A stretch of DNA of 64,000 nt from Marsupella aquatica (lineage: Eukaryota > Plantae > Marchantiophyta): NCBI GenBank assembly GCA_973895155.1, contig OZ316897.1, forward strand, positions 18,448,457 to 18,512,456, given 5' to 3'. Every line of letters starts with the position of its first letter. The stretch's first letter is position 1. The position numbers were made by a program, and so were the translations under genes. Positions 40,601 to 51,338 of this stretch are shown here, piece by piece. A model generated the notes under the pieces. It saw nothing but the letters and a program-made list of their open reading frames with translations. It had not been told where the DNA came from and ran no database searches.

Positions 40601-42766
40601 TCGAAAATTGCTGTGCTCTTAACTAGAGCGAGGGAGAGATGAATGTGAATATTAACCCTACATTGGCAGCCAGATTGCATTGGTGGTTTAAGAACTAGAA
40701 CCGAGAAATTATGTCTGCATCACATTGAGCATGATATGGATATTGCATTGATCATGGATGGCAGTGGATATCGCATTTCAAATCTTCAATCCGCAGTAGA
40801 CTGAATTCAACGTTTCAATAAGTACCTAATCGGTAATTTACAGGAGACCCTCGCACTGCTTACGGTTGTAGTTTTTTCGCTATAAGATTGTAGCTAAGTT
40901 CATTTCTACGCGCTAGTACGAGATATAGCATGATCCTGAAGACCATTTCGATTCGAGAGAAAACCCATTCTTCACATTTGTTTAGCACATTTTGTAAACC
41001 TTTCGAGACAGTCCGGTGCAGATACATCAACAAGAACTATTTTCATATCTATATTCAATTAGGATGTCTTTCTATGGCCAGATTTCATCGAACCCTAGTT
41101 TCTTAGCTATTATCTACCGAAACTTTGTGGATTAGTCGGGCTTAGTGGAATATCATTACTTTTGTGCTCTGCAGCTCGAATGCTATTACGCTGTGCAGTG
41201 AATTCTCAGGTTAGTAGAAAGTGGCAGAGTTCTCCAGCTCTGTCGGTTTTAGTAGTTAGATCCCTAATGATTAGTTAGTTTGGGCTTCGTCGATGGCTTC
41301 TGTCAGTCACTACAGCACCTACAAACGCTTTTAATTAAAGCGTGGCTGACGACGGCTTCAACAAGCTATTTTCTTTAATTTGCAGCTGAGGTTGTTGCTC
41401 TGCCCGGAATCGGGTACCTTAAGTCCATCACAATTGCACGAATGTTGATTCAAGCTACTAGTGAACTATTGGAAAGCTTTACTCATTTCGGATATGTTGC
41501 AGTGAATATTCACAAAGAGAAAAGCAGGCAGCAGATTCTCCAGTAGGAGTATGTGCTGTTGGAAAAGGCTGAGCGAGGAATATACCAGAAGTGTATTCTG
41601 TGATAGAAATTCCAGACAAGGAGATTTCAGTGTCGTCAACAATATGAAGCCAGTGACACGATTAGTAGGATGAACAGAATGAGAGTGGAACCCAAGTTTC
41701 GAGATGAAGTGAACCAAGAACCAACTGTGCGCGCCGAGGCGAAGCACTTTCAAACTATTCACCAGGCGGCAGTAGTTAAACCAGCAACTTTCTGTAGTTT
41801 GGAATAACTGTTAGCAAGATTCCTTTCGCCTCCTCTAGTAATGTATATGGCTTCTAGGAAACTCTTAATATTCAAAATGCAATATAGAATCCACCCGGAT
41901 AAGCATGTTGCAGCTTGTTGCAGTTTAAATTACACTTTCTCAGAAAATGAGCATTGAATACAATGGATCATGGAACAGATACAGCTACAGGGACCATAAT
42001 ATATGTCATGACTTCAGAGAATCGTGCACACTGCACACTTAACGATGAAAAATGAAAGCGACACCAAATGATTTTCTAATCAACCGTCAACAGTAAATTG
42101 AGTTCCAGTGGCAAAATATGGGTCTCCGTAGAAATATAGTCGTATGTGACAGCTATTGTTGAATCCTAAATCAGCAAGTATAGTACTAGTCAAGTATCAC
42201 AGCTGCTGCTGTCACACAACCAGCTTGATACTTTGAAGTGGCTGGATCGCGTGCTGCATCTATTCTGTACAGGTAGCACTCAACGCGTCAATCATACAAG
42301 CAGGTTGATACATTGAAGTAGATGGACCATGTGCTGCACCTTCCTTTGGCCCCAATTTAGAAATGGGTTTTACGAACGGTTTCACGGATAGTGTCAAGGC
42401 TCTATGTGAGCAGATCGATGGCTACATTGTCTGGAGAAGATTTGTTGGCATGCTTTTAAGGAGTCCTCGACGATTGCGTATCGCAGACAAAACGCTGTCA
42501 TGGTATCCAGGTCCTCGAGCAATTAGATTGTGACAGTAGAATGCGGCCTGTCAAGAGAAGCTCATCAGAAACAATTTGTGTTCAACAAACGGTCACCGCT
42601 ACAAACGGGAAAAGTTTTCAAAAGAGCCATAAAAGTGAGATTAAGCAATGCAATGTACGTTCCAAATCACGAGGAGAACTACTCTACACCTGCTTGGTTA
42701 AAAGTTGAGTTAGGAGCAAGTGATCACAAGAGCAGAGCAACAATCAAACCAAAGATCAATCCACAA

Positions 42767-42952
42767 TCACCTTCTCCTCCAAAACATGACACGCCTGAGC
42801 ATGCGGCGCCACTGGCTGGGGCCATGGGAGCGCCCGACATGCGTGCCGGTAGTGGTCGTGCCAGTAGTGGGGTGCGCGGCCCCATGGGCAGCTCCGCCTC
42901 CCCTGTAGAACCTGCGTCGCATGTTAAGCCTGAGCCTAGTGAATGGATTCAT
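42767..42952 (-). CDS. Candidate 61-aa Arg-rich basic microprotein of unknown family
   Basis: ATG-to-TGA ORF MNPFTRLRLNMRRRFYRGGGAAHGAAHPTTGTTTTGTHVGRSHGPSQWRRMLRRVMFWRRR. It coincides with a local GC-rich island and prefers C-ending codons in this frame (TTC, CTC, AAC, CGC, GGC, GCC, CAC, ACC, GTC). A GT-rich 3'UTR-like tract follows and a pyrimidine patch lies upstream. Confidence 0.55.
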   Translation of the reverse strand: MNPFTRLRLNMRRRFYRGGGAAHGAAHPTTGTTTTGTHVGRSHGPSQWRRMLRRVMFWRRR

Positions 42953-43439
42953 ACTCGCAGCTCTAAACTCCTGTTCCTACCTCCTCTAGCTCTCAAATTC
43001 GTGGAGTTTTCTCGTGACCTCTGTAGCTCTACAGACTGCTGTAGCTATCATTGAATTGCTACGATCGTCGAGGCCTTTCTGTAGCTATTTTGTTGAATTG
43101 CTGTGACAGTCGACACCTTCATTCCAGCTTCTCTCGAGACGAAGCGAGGGAGTGAGTGAGGAGTGACAGAAACAAGACTCGACTATTATCACTCTCATCA
43201 CTCCAACCCACAAACATAGCTTAGGAGCACACGACCCCCAGGAGAGGGTTCCATGACCAACCCTCGGGGCGCCCTTCCCCTAAACAAACAGGACGGACTC
43301 TGACGAGAGGCCGGTGATACCGAGTCAGCTGGGTTCCGACATCGACGGCCTACTGATGAATGTCAGATCGAGAGCGCGTCGGAGACCGTCGATCCCCACC
43401 AGCGCCTGACTAGGGTTCAGTCTGTCAGCTGGGATTAAC

Positions 43440-43760
43440 ACATGTCGGGTTTCAACCTCGTCTGAAATAATGACATGACGGGATTACGTGCGAGTCATGT
43501 GAGTCCACCTGGAGGGTTCATTTAGGGCCGGGTAGCGGTGCCGTGCCTAATCCCGAACCGGGTGATGAGGATTATCCAGTTCGGCAAAGAGACAAAGACA
43601 GGCAAGTCACGCATGACCGTCCCTGTGCATCAATGTCTTGTCGTCTCTCGAATGCATGCAGGCGTGCCTGGCTGGAACGGGCATCGAAGCTCACACGTGG
43701 CATGCTTGGTCATCCAGTGTCAGAACTGGCTTGCTTTAGTGACGTGGAGTACGTCAGCCG
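43440..43760 (-). promoter_or_regulatory. Cluster of ABRE/G-box and RY-like elements upstream of the 61-aa ORF
   Basis: CACGTGGC 43694-43701, TGACGTGG 43740-43747, TACGTCA 43750-43756, TACGTG 43485-43490, CATGCA 43655-43660 and TGTCGG 43443-43448, in a CpG-retaining region. These are motif matches only. Confidence 0.35.
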
Positions 43761-45759
43761 GCTCTTGGCCCTCTGGAGTCTGGCCCTTCGCCAGTTCGCC
43801 TGGATATGTGTTTGGTGGCCAATTTATTTTATTTTAATATGGGAATTGAGGGTGTACTTTTTCCCAAACTAAAACCCAGATGGACCTCGAGGGTGCCTAT
43901 GAAACCTGGAGGGACTGGGAAAACTTGGATGGGCTTGCTCAGGGTGTTGAAAGCTACTAGGATATAAATATTTACACTTTTGAGTGTGACCCACATATGG
44001 TCTGCTTACACTGTGGAGCCTGTTTTGGTTGTGGAATGAGTACTCTGGGTCACCCGGAGTACTTCTAATATAATTTGTGGATTGAATTACCTGGTGTTGG
44101 TCATGGGTGGTAGGGTAGGGTCTCCTTGGTGGGTTGATGGCCTTGAATCTGAACAATGTGGACATCATGCCATTACTTGCATGATGCAACCATATGTTCA
44201 GAGCATATTGATTTCGTCCCTCTACAATGCATTCCAATTGCAAGTTGGCTGACCTCAAGCTGGATGGACATGTCCAGAATTGCAATCTACACATGTGGTT
44301 TACAATCCTGCAAAAAAAATATTGCATGGTATGTTTACAGAACTTGAAATGGAGAGGAAAAAACTTAGCTCTCACATAATTTCAAGGTTTTATTGACAAC
44401 ACTGTTGGATGGCCTGAAATGGGACGTCTAAGGGATGTCTATACTTTCCCTCCCACCTTGCCAGTATTTTTGGAAGTTAGGGGTTTTTTATGATCCTTTT
44501 GGGGGTGGGGAAAAATATGTAGTTGGCCAGTAGTGATCCAGCATCCCAAACTGCTCGCAGGGTTCTCACACATATATATAAAGGCCCCCATCATGTGCAA
44601 CGTTTTGAAGGCCCAGACACCTAAAACTTAAGAAGAATTGCCATTTTTACAGAAGCTGAACCCCCAGTAAAGTGCTTCATTTTGGCCCCTGTTGCTACTT
44701 TCATTCTGTTTGTTCCTGCTTTGTTTGGCCCATCTGATATCCCCCCTAATTTCCTCTGCATTATTTACCCAACATATTCTTTGGAGTGGATGGAGTTTTC
44801 CTCGTAGTTTGCTCCACTAGAGTCTTTTGGCTTTCCCTTGTCCGTATTTTGCTTTGCAACACATTATTGGCTCTTCACACTATTTTGCCCATATTCCGTA
44901 CGGGATTCCGTAGAGTGACTGATTACCCGGGGAATAAATTGTAGATATTTATCTTGACTCTATGCACGTAGAGTTGTCTAAGGGATATAGGCCAGATAAT
45001 TATGGACTATCCTTAGTGTTTTGTTCTGAGAGGGGACGGGTTGGGAGAATAGGTTGGAGAGTGACAGATTTGGATATTTGAGTTTATTTCTCAATCAGGG
45101 TTAAGGTCAAATCCCTTCGCCACACTTTTGATTTAGAATTAGAGGAGCATAGCAGAATATGGATAGCTCAATCTAGATAATTGTTTTGTATTAATGAAGG
45201 GCTTTTACATATAGAATGATAATTTAGTAGTCTGTGGAAATCTTACAACTATACATGATGGCTCAAATAACCTGTGCCATATAGGCGGTCAATAAATTAA
45301 AAGTTCAAATTTTATTTTATTTTTATAGGGCCAATTCAAGAGTCTTGAGCTAAGCTACTTATATAGGGTATTAGGACTCACGAGGAAGTGGGAGTTGCTT
45401 GCCATCTAGCGATAGTTGAACTTCCGGACCAAACATTGGTGGAGCTTGAGATCGGATAACCGCAAAAATAATACTGAGAAGTAAGGAAACAAAATCTGCT
45501 CAGCTTTGTGCTTGAATCCGTTTCGAATCAAGTGGTAGTAACGTCTGATTTTAAAGGTCTGACATGACCCAGGACATGACCCACATTAGAACTGTTTGAG
45601 AAGGCAAAAGCTTCTGGATTCTGGAGTAGGAAGTTCATGAGAACTCATGGAGTTACTTTGGGAATTATTTATATTCGTCAGAATTCCAAAATTCTTGGTT
45701 TTTCTGGCCATAGGAACGTTTGGTGATGAAACTTTAGTCTCGAAATCTATTTACTTGAC

Positions 45760-46092
45760 CAGCTTCGTATTTTCTTCAAGATTTTGCTTTACAATTGTAG
45801 GAATTGTCAACAGCATGGACAGCTAGGAATTGAACCAATGACCTCTAACCATATGACCTCCACTAGCTTTGTATTTTCTTCAAGATTTGTTTTATAATTG
45901 TTGGAATTGTCAACATGTATCAACTAACAGCATGGACCTAAGAATTGAACCTATGATCTCCCGTGTACATTGTAATGCTGACCAACTAAGAATTGAACCT
46001 ATGACCTCCTGTGTACATTCTAGTGCTCTACCATTGAGCTACAGGCCGACCTCCTGTGTACATTGTAAAGCTCTACCATTGAGCTACAGGCC
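45760..46092 (-). mobile_element. tRNA-derived SINE-like array / tRNA pseudogene with internal duplications
   Basis: Minus strand 46047-45986 reads GGCCTGTAGCTCAATGGTAGAGCACTAGAATGTACACAGGAGGTCATAGGTTCAATTCTTAG, with an A-box (TAGCTCAATGG), a B-box (GGTTCAATTC) and TGT at about the anticodon position. The anticodon stem does not pair. There is an extra 5' half at 46048-46092, and two more B-box halves (about 45937 and 45825), each followed by the same AT-rich body. Confidence 0.75.
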
Positions 46093-47118
46093 TTCACACC
46101 TGTATCCATTACCAAATTGGAGTGTGTTTTATTTCCAACAGCCACGCCTCTCAGATGTTCAGAGCTCCACATATGCTAGTCATTCGAACGATCCTATCTG
46201 CGTACTGACTAGCTAGCTATCGCAAAGCTTTAACATATTGTGTGAAGGAGTAAGTCAGACCTATATGTCTGTCAACAGGAGCCCATGTTTTGTGTTATCA
46301 GTCAGTCTTTCTTCCAAGTTGCCGTGTAAGCATGTGCACTTTGCTTTTTTGTCTTCAGTCAGTCTTTGCCTCAAATTACTTGCTGAATTAATACTAGTAT
46401 CCCGTCTAGTATATAAGGAGCTCACGAAGCCATTTCTCCCCCGCATCACTTCAGATTGTATGTTTTTTTCTTGCTTTTGAGGTCCTCTTCTCGTTTCCCT
46501 TCGTATCTGGCAGGGCATGTCCGCTGTTCCCCCAGTTTGGCTTTGATTCTTCTTGAACTGAGGAAATTAGTACCATCAACGGGACCAGTTATTGATTTAA
46601 GAGGTGAGTTTTTCTGCAATACTGATAATTTGTCTTCCTCTCGAGCTGGAGTTTTCACTTCCCTAGACCGACCCCTCGATATAGTGTTGTAGATCCATAA
46701 TAGTTGTTGGCCTGTTGTATTGAGGAGCTAGCTGGCGGTATGAAGTTTAATTGTGATATAGCTGGGGTAGACTGGTCTTAATTTGTTGTCCTATTGCAGA
46801 GGACATCTTATTTCTCCTTGTTGTTCTTTTAAGTTTTTGTTACCATGCAGTGATTTATTGATTCTTAGTTTTTCAGCTTAATTAGTTCTTGCAAAGGTGT
46901 GGGCTTACATCAATCTCTGTTATGTGATTACTTACACACACACATCCACACATCGAAAAGTCTAAATAATAACCATAGCCGATCAAAGCTGTTGCATTTC
47001 TTTATCATTGTCTGTGAAATAAAAAGATCTGGTCATCGATTTGCATGATCTAATCGGGGATCTAATTAATGCGTTGCTGTGTCTCACAAGGTTAATTTTA
47101 CAGGAATTCCATTTAAAT

Positions 47119-48123
47119 ATGAATCCTCAAGGAGAGCCTTTTCTTTTGGAAGAAACTTTTCCTGGTATTCCTAATGACGTCACCTTTGCACACATCCCCA
47201 CAAAGCTGCCGTGGTCAGATCTCAATAACCTTTTATGCGTCAGTACAAGCTGGAAGCAGGCAATTGAGAGTCGCGAGGCGTATGATTGGAGGGTCCTTTC
47301 AGGATCAACAGAGACGCTTGTGGGCTTCTGTCACAAACGAAGTAAGGATGGGGGTACAATGTCCCTATATTCCCCCAGAGAGAAAGCATTTTATGAGCTC
47401 CCTCGGTTCCCATTTCGTGACGAAATTCCACCATTCTCCCAAATCGTTTCAAGAAATGGTAGAATTTTTGTCTTAGTACGTGCAAGGAAGGATCAGGGGG
47501 CTATCAAAGAGGCTGTTGACGGTAAACTTATATTGGTGTTGGATGTGGCTGGGAAGAGGCACTGGGAACTGGCAAGCGCCCAATTTCAAAATTATTTTCC
47601 TTCGTGTGGAGCGGAAAAATCGGAGAAAAATTGCGTTGGATGTGGTGTGGCCGTGGGAGATGAGGTTTTTTGGCGGGTAGGATATGAATATTGGTTTCAA
47701 TCAACTTGGAAGGTGTACCATCCACTCAAGCGTGAATGGAGGATATGGTAGAGCCGTCTCAGATACCTTCAGTAGAGGAGATGCCCAAATCATATTTCCT
47801 TTTTGGAGGAAAATGTCATTACATAATTTCTTCTCAGATTTATGTTATGGATTGTGTTACCCAAATATGGAAACGTCAGCATTCAGTTTCAAGCCATGAA
47901 ATTGGACCACAGGGATTTGAAGTGTTAGATCCGGTGTTCGTCCTTCCCGTAAATAATGAGCTTCTTGCAATAGTGCCACGGACAAAGGATAATTAAAAGT
48001 GATGGACACATCATTCTTCAAACCAGAGGTTTTGGAACCCAAAACCGTCAGATTGTGTGGGAAGAAATATCACACTCTCTTGAATTTGAAGATACTATTT
48101 TCATGTTTCCTATCCAGTTGTGA
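47119..48123 (+). pseudogene. F-box/kelch-repeat protein, intronless CDS with two frameshifts
   Basis: The plant F-box motif FPGIPNDVTFAHIPTKLPWSDLNNLLCVSTSWKQAI is followed by degenerate kelch blades (ELPRFP, NGRIFVL, LVLDVAGKRHWE, KVYHPLKREW). The frame shifts at about 47740 (stop 47749-47751) into ...IYVMDCVTQIW...VNNELLAIV. It shifts again at about 47993 into DGHIILQTRGFGTQNRQIVWEE...FPIQL, with the stop at 48121-48123. Confidence 0.78.
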
Positions 48124-50120
48124 TCAATCGAATGATGGACCAACTCCAGATCAGCATTATCATTTCAGGCCGATTAGTGTTCTATGGTTGTCCGGACTCT
48201 CAGGTTAGGTTCAGGATGTGACTTGACCTGTACCGTTAAATTAACAGTACGTATAATTTAGTACGTACAGGCTACGCCATGATGGTGGCATAGTGGATGT
48301 ATCGGCCTTGCGATACTAAGAGTCTCTTTCCACGAACTGGTGATCCTTGCCCATTCTTCCCCAATAATGGGCACGAGCTTCATACCAGGATAGAGAGTTT
48401 TCACAGGTTCGTTTTATTTTGTATCTGAGTTATATAAAGACAATTTGTAACACAATGTAAATGCCACTTCAATTACAACAACAATTCATGTCAAGTCTTG
48501 AGCAGTTGTAATCAAGTCAGCTGGTTAAACTTTTTTGTTCGATGAAAAAAGTGTGTGAGCTGTCACATACTCGTAGTTTGTAGGAGTAGAAAGACTAGTG
48601 GTGTTTGTCTCTGGCCGGATAGCGGGGGGATAATTAATCTTATAATCTACATATATGCCGGGCTACATGCAATGGTCTCTATAGTCTATTGGCTTAAGTT
48701 GGCACAGCAAATGCAAAGATTAATCTTCATATGCTACGGTTCAAGATCGAGTTAAAAGGGTTGAGTGCTACCATGCATGCCTGGTGTATGAAAAAGGATT
48801 ATGGAACTTCATCAAGTAGTCGGCCTCAGGGTTGAAGGGAAGACTGATTTCTTGGCAGCCTGAAGGAACACCAATACAATGCCGCGTCCTTCTGCGTAAG
48901 GCACCCAGGTGGCGTTTTTAGGAAGAGGCCTATCAGTCGACTGCATGCGCTAGCTCCTGGCTTCATAATGCGACAAGCAATGCAACGCTTCTTTTCTCCA
49001 GTGCAAACATGATGGGCCGGGGTTGAAGCGAGGGTTGAAGGGAAGGGGCAGCTGCTGACTGCCCTTCTGGTTTCCTGAAGTGAGAAAGCAAGCTAGTCCT
49101 ATGTTTCGTGTAGCCAATGCGAACTGGATGGCCAGGTTGAAGGTATGAGTTCCTTCATCTTAGAAATCCGTTGCCCTCCAACGAATCAGATCACTTCGAA
49201 GGATGTGGCACCAGGCTCCACCAACCAGATTGATACTCTTCTGTAGGATATTTTTTCCCTCAACTGCTTCTGTATGAGCTACCAGTTTCCTCAAATCTAT
49301 TTCTGCTGATCGGTCTTCTTAGAGAAACAACATTGCTGGAAGCGAAATCAGAAAAGACAACACAAGAGTTGAGTGAAACAATGGAGGATATTAATAATCT
49401 ACAATATATGGAAAAGGTAAAGGGTGTGGCGAAATAATTTCTGGTCGGGAATATTAGTACAGAAGTCTGAAGTGACCACCGATTCACTGCTGCCATTCTT
49501 AAGGTGGTTTAAGTTAGGCTAGAATTCATTTACTAGATATATGGTGCTGGAAGTTATGGTTAACGAATTAATCGCTTCTTTCAGTCAAAGGGGCGTAGGC
49601 GGGGTTGAATAGAAGAAAATGGGTCCTACGGGCCAATTCATCTGCAAGCTTCCAGTGCTGCTTTCTCTTCCAGTGCTGGTGTCTGGCAACTGAGGGCAAT
49701 GGGTTCAAGGGAATATTAATAACTCTTTCCATTGCACTTGCCTGCTATCAACTGGTTGCTAGCTACACAAACCCTTATGGAGCTGTGATCGTGCCTAATA
49801 GTAAATGTAATCGAAAATTTTCCCAAGCCCTGAAGGATGCCCTTTCTTTATCTCATCCACTATGGAAACCTTTGGACTTAGCCAAGCTAGGTTAGTACTC
49901 CATCCGTATGTTGTGCAGGACAATTTCATGCATAAATTATGTCAAGCAGTATATATACTCATTTTGTGATGTCAAAGATGGAGCCTATCGCTATTTGTTT
50001 ATAATAATAATCGGGATATAATTAATAAAATACTCAATCACCATTGGTTGTAAGGATGAGGGTTATTTTGTGCTCAAACGGCCATAATCACGTACCCAAA
50101 ATGGCCCCCAATTCCTCACA

Positions 50121-50238
50121 GTAATTAAGTCCCACCTAGTTCCCCGGTTCCCGGTCTGACCAAGAAAGCATGGATTGGTGGTCATTCGGGGCAGCTTTCT
50201 TTTGCTCAGGCCGGGGAAACTAGGTGGGAGTTAATTAC
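50121..50238. repeat. Short inverted repeat / mini-foldback (118 bp)
   Basis: GTAATTAAGTCCCACCTAGTTCCCCGG pairs with CCGGGGAAACTAGGTGGGAGTTAATTAC, and imperfect pairing extends inward to about 45 bp. Confidence 0.75.
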
Positions 50239-51088
50239 AATGGACCGGGTTTTGCACCACAGTTAGGAGCCTGATACCCGGTCTTCCTCTACTATTTGTA
50301 CTAAGGGACACAGTTTACTAGGAATTGAAGGTTTTGGGACCAGAGCCAAGCTGAAAAATATAACCATTGGTAGAGATCTAGTTTACACACATCCTAAGTA
50401 TTCACCGCGCGCGTCAGAGCATCCTTGAAGAATTAGAGAAGCTTGAGACGAATGAAGTGTTTAGGAGTGGACTTAAGGTACCTGAAGATTCATATATTTC
50501 ACAGCATCAAGGTGCAGGTGCTGCTCAGGGGAGACATGATACGTGCCACGATGGCCACACTCATCGGCAAGATGTGGGGGAGTATTTTTGTAAGAAATTA
50601 AATAAAAGACGACCCACAAAATATGACACTAATCATGAGTGATGTCTTGATGTCCACGGGAGTGAGTTTGTATTAGACCGACTAGTAAAACCTAGCTTCA
50701 GGTAAAGGAATCATTCAGGACGTCAGTTAGGTACGGTTTAGGGTCGAGCATATCAAAGCCCCGGAGCAATTTGTTGCGTGTCGGTGTAACTGGTCCTTAA
50801 TTTCGATGAAGAATTAATCCGTGAGGAGTATAGTGCATGATACATATCAACACTGAGACAAGGTTGAAACAACTTTCACGTGTTTAAGTTCACTCTACCG
50901 TGGTCACCAAGTAAAATTCCAAGATATTAGATCATTTAGGTCAACTATAAAGTTGCTTCAATACACATAATTATGACTTCAGAGGGTGAACAGCTAATTA
51001 TCCAACACATAGGGTGACTTTTGCCCGCAGACCTAAATTACACGTACAAGACTATTTTACAGGGCAATCTTAACAGCAGTGTTCAGAC

Positions 51089-51338
51089 GGGAATTGGTGG
51101 ACTCACCTACAAACACTAAAACTGCCCGTAAATCTTCAACCAGAGCATCCCAGTATGTTCTGTAGTAATTTCCTGAGGATGCTTTTGGGGACTTTTGAGA
51201 GGAACAAGGATCTTGTATTGTTTACTGTATGTAGACTGTTAGGTAATGATTCATGCATCATTACCCATTTAGAATTCCTTGACACGATATTGTAGCCCAA
51301 ATTGATGCTCTGGTTTGTAGGTGAGTCCACCAATTCCC
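51089..51338. mobile_element. MITE-like element, 250 bp, with perfect 26-bp TIRs
   Basis: GGGAATTGGTGGACTCACCTACAAAC (51089-51114) is the exact reverse complement of 51313-51338. The interior is non-coding. No TSD is recognisable, so the superfamily is unassigned. Confidence 0.75.

Noticed and set aside
42530-43054. 174-aa plus-strand ORF
   Set aside because: GTG start; only its middle is GC-rich, and the codon bias there fits the antisense 61-aa frame better. Treated as a shadow ORF.
43149-43204. Hairpin containing TGACAGAA (start of miR156)
   Set aside because: Only the first 8 nt match miR156, and the stem is a short low-complexity GAGT/ACTC pairing.
43300-43393. CTGACGA and CTGATGA near an 8-bp stem, as a hammerhead ribozyme or C/D snoRNA
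   Set aside because: No stem II followed by GAAA, and no box D correctly placed within the terminal stem.
45986-46047. Functional tRNA-Thr gene
   Set aside because: The anticodon stem cannot pair and the 3' acceptor strand is disrupted; classed as a tRNA-derived repeat.
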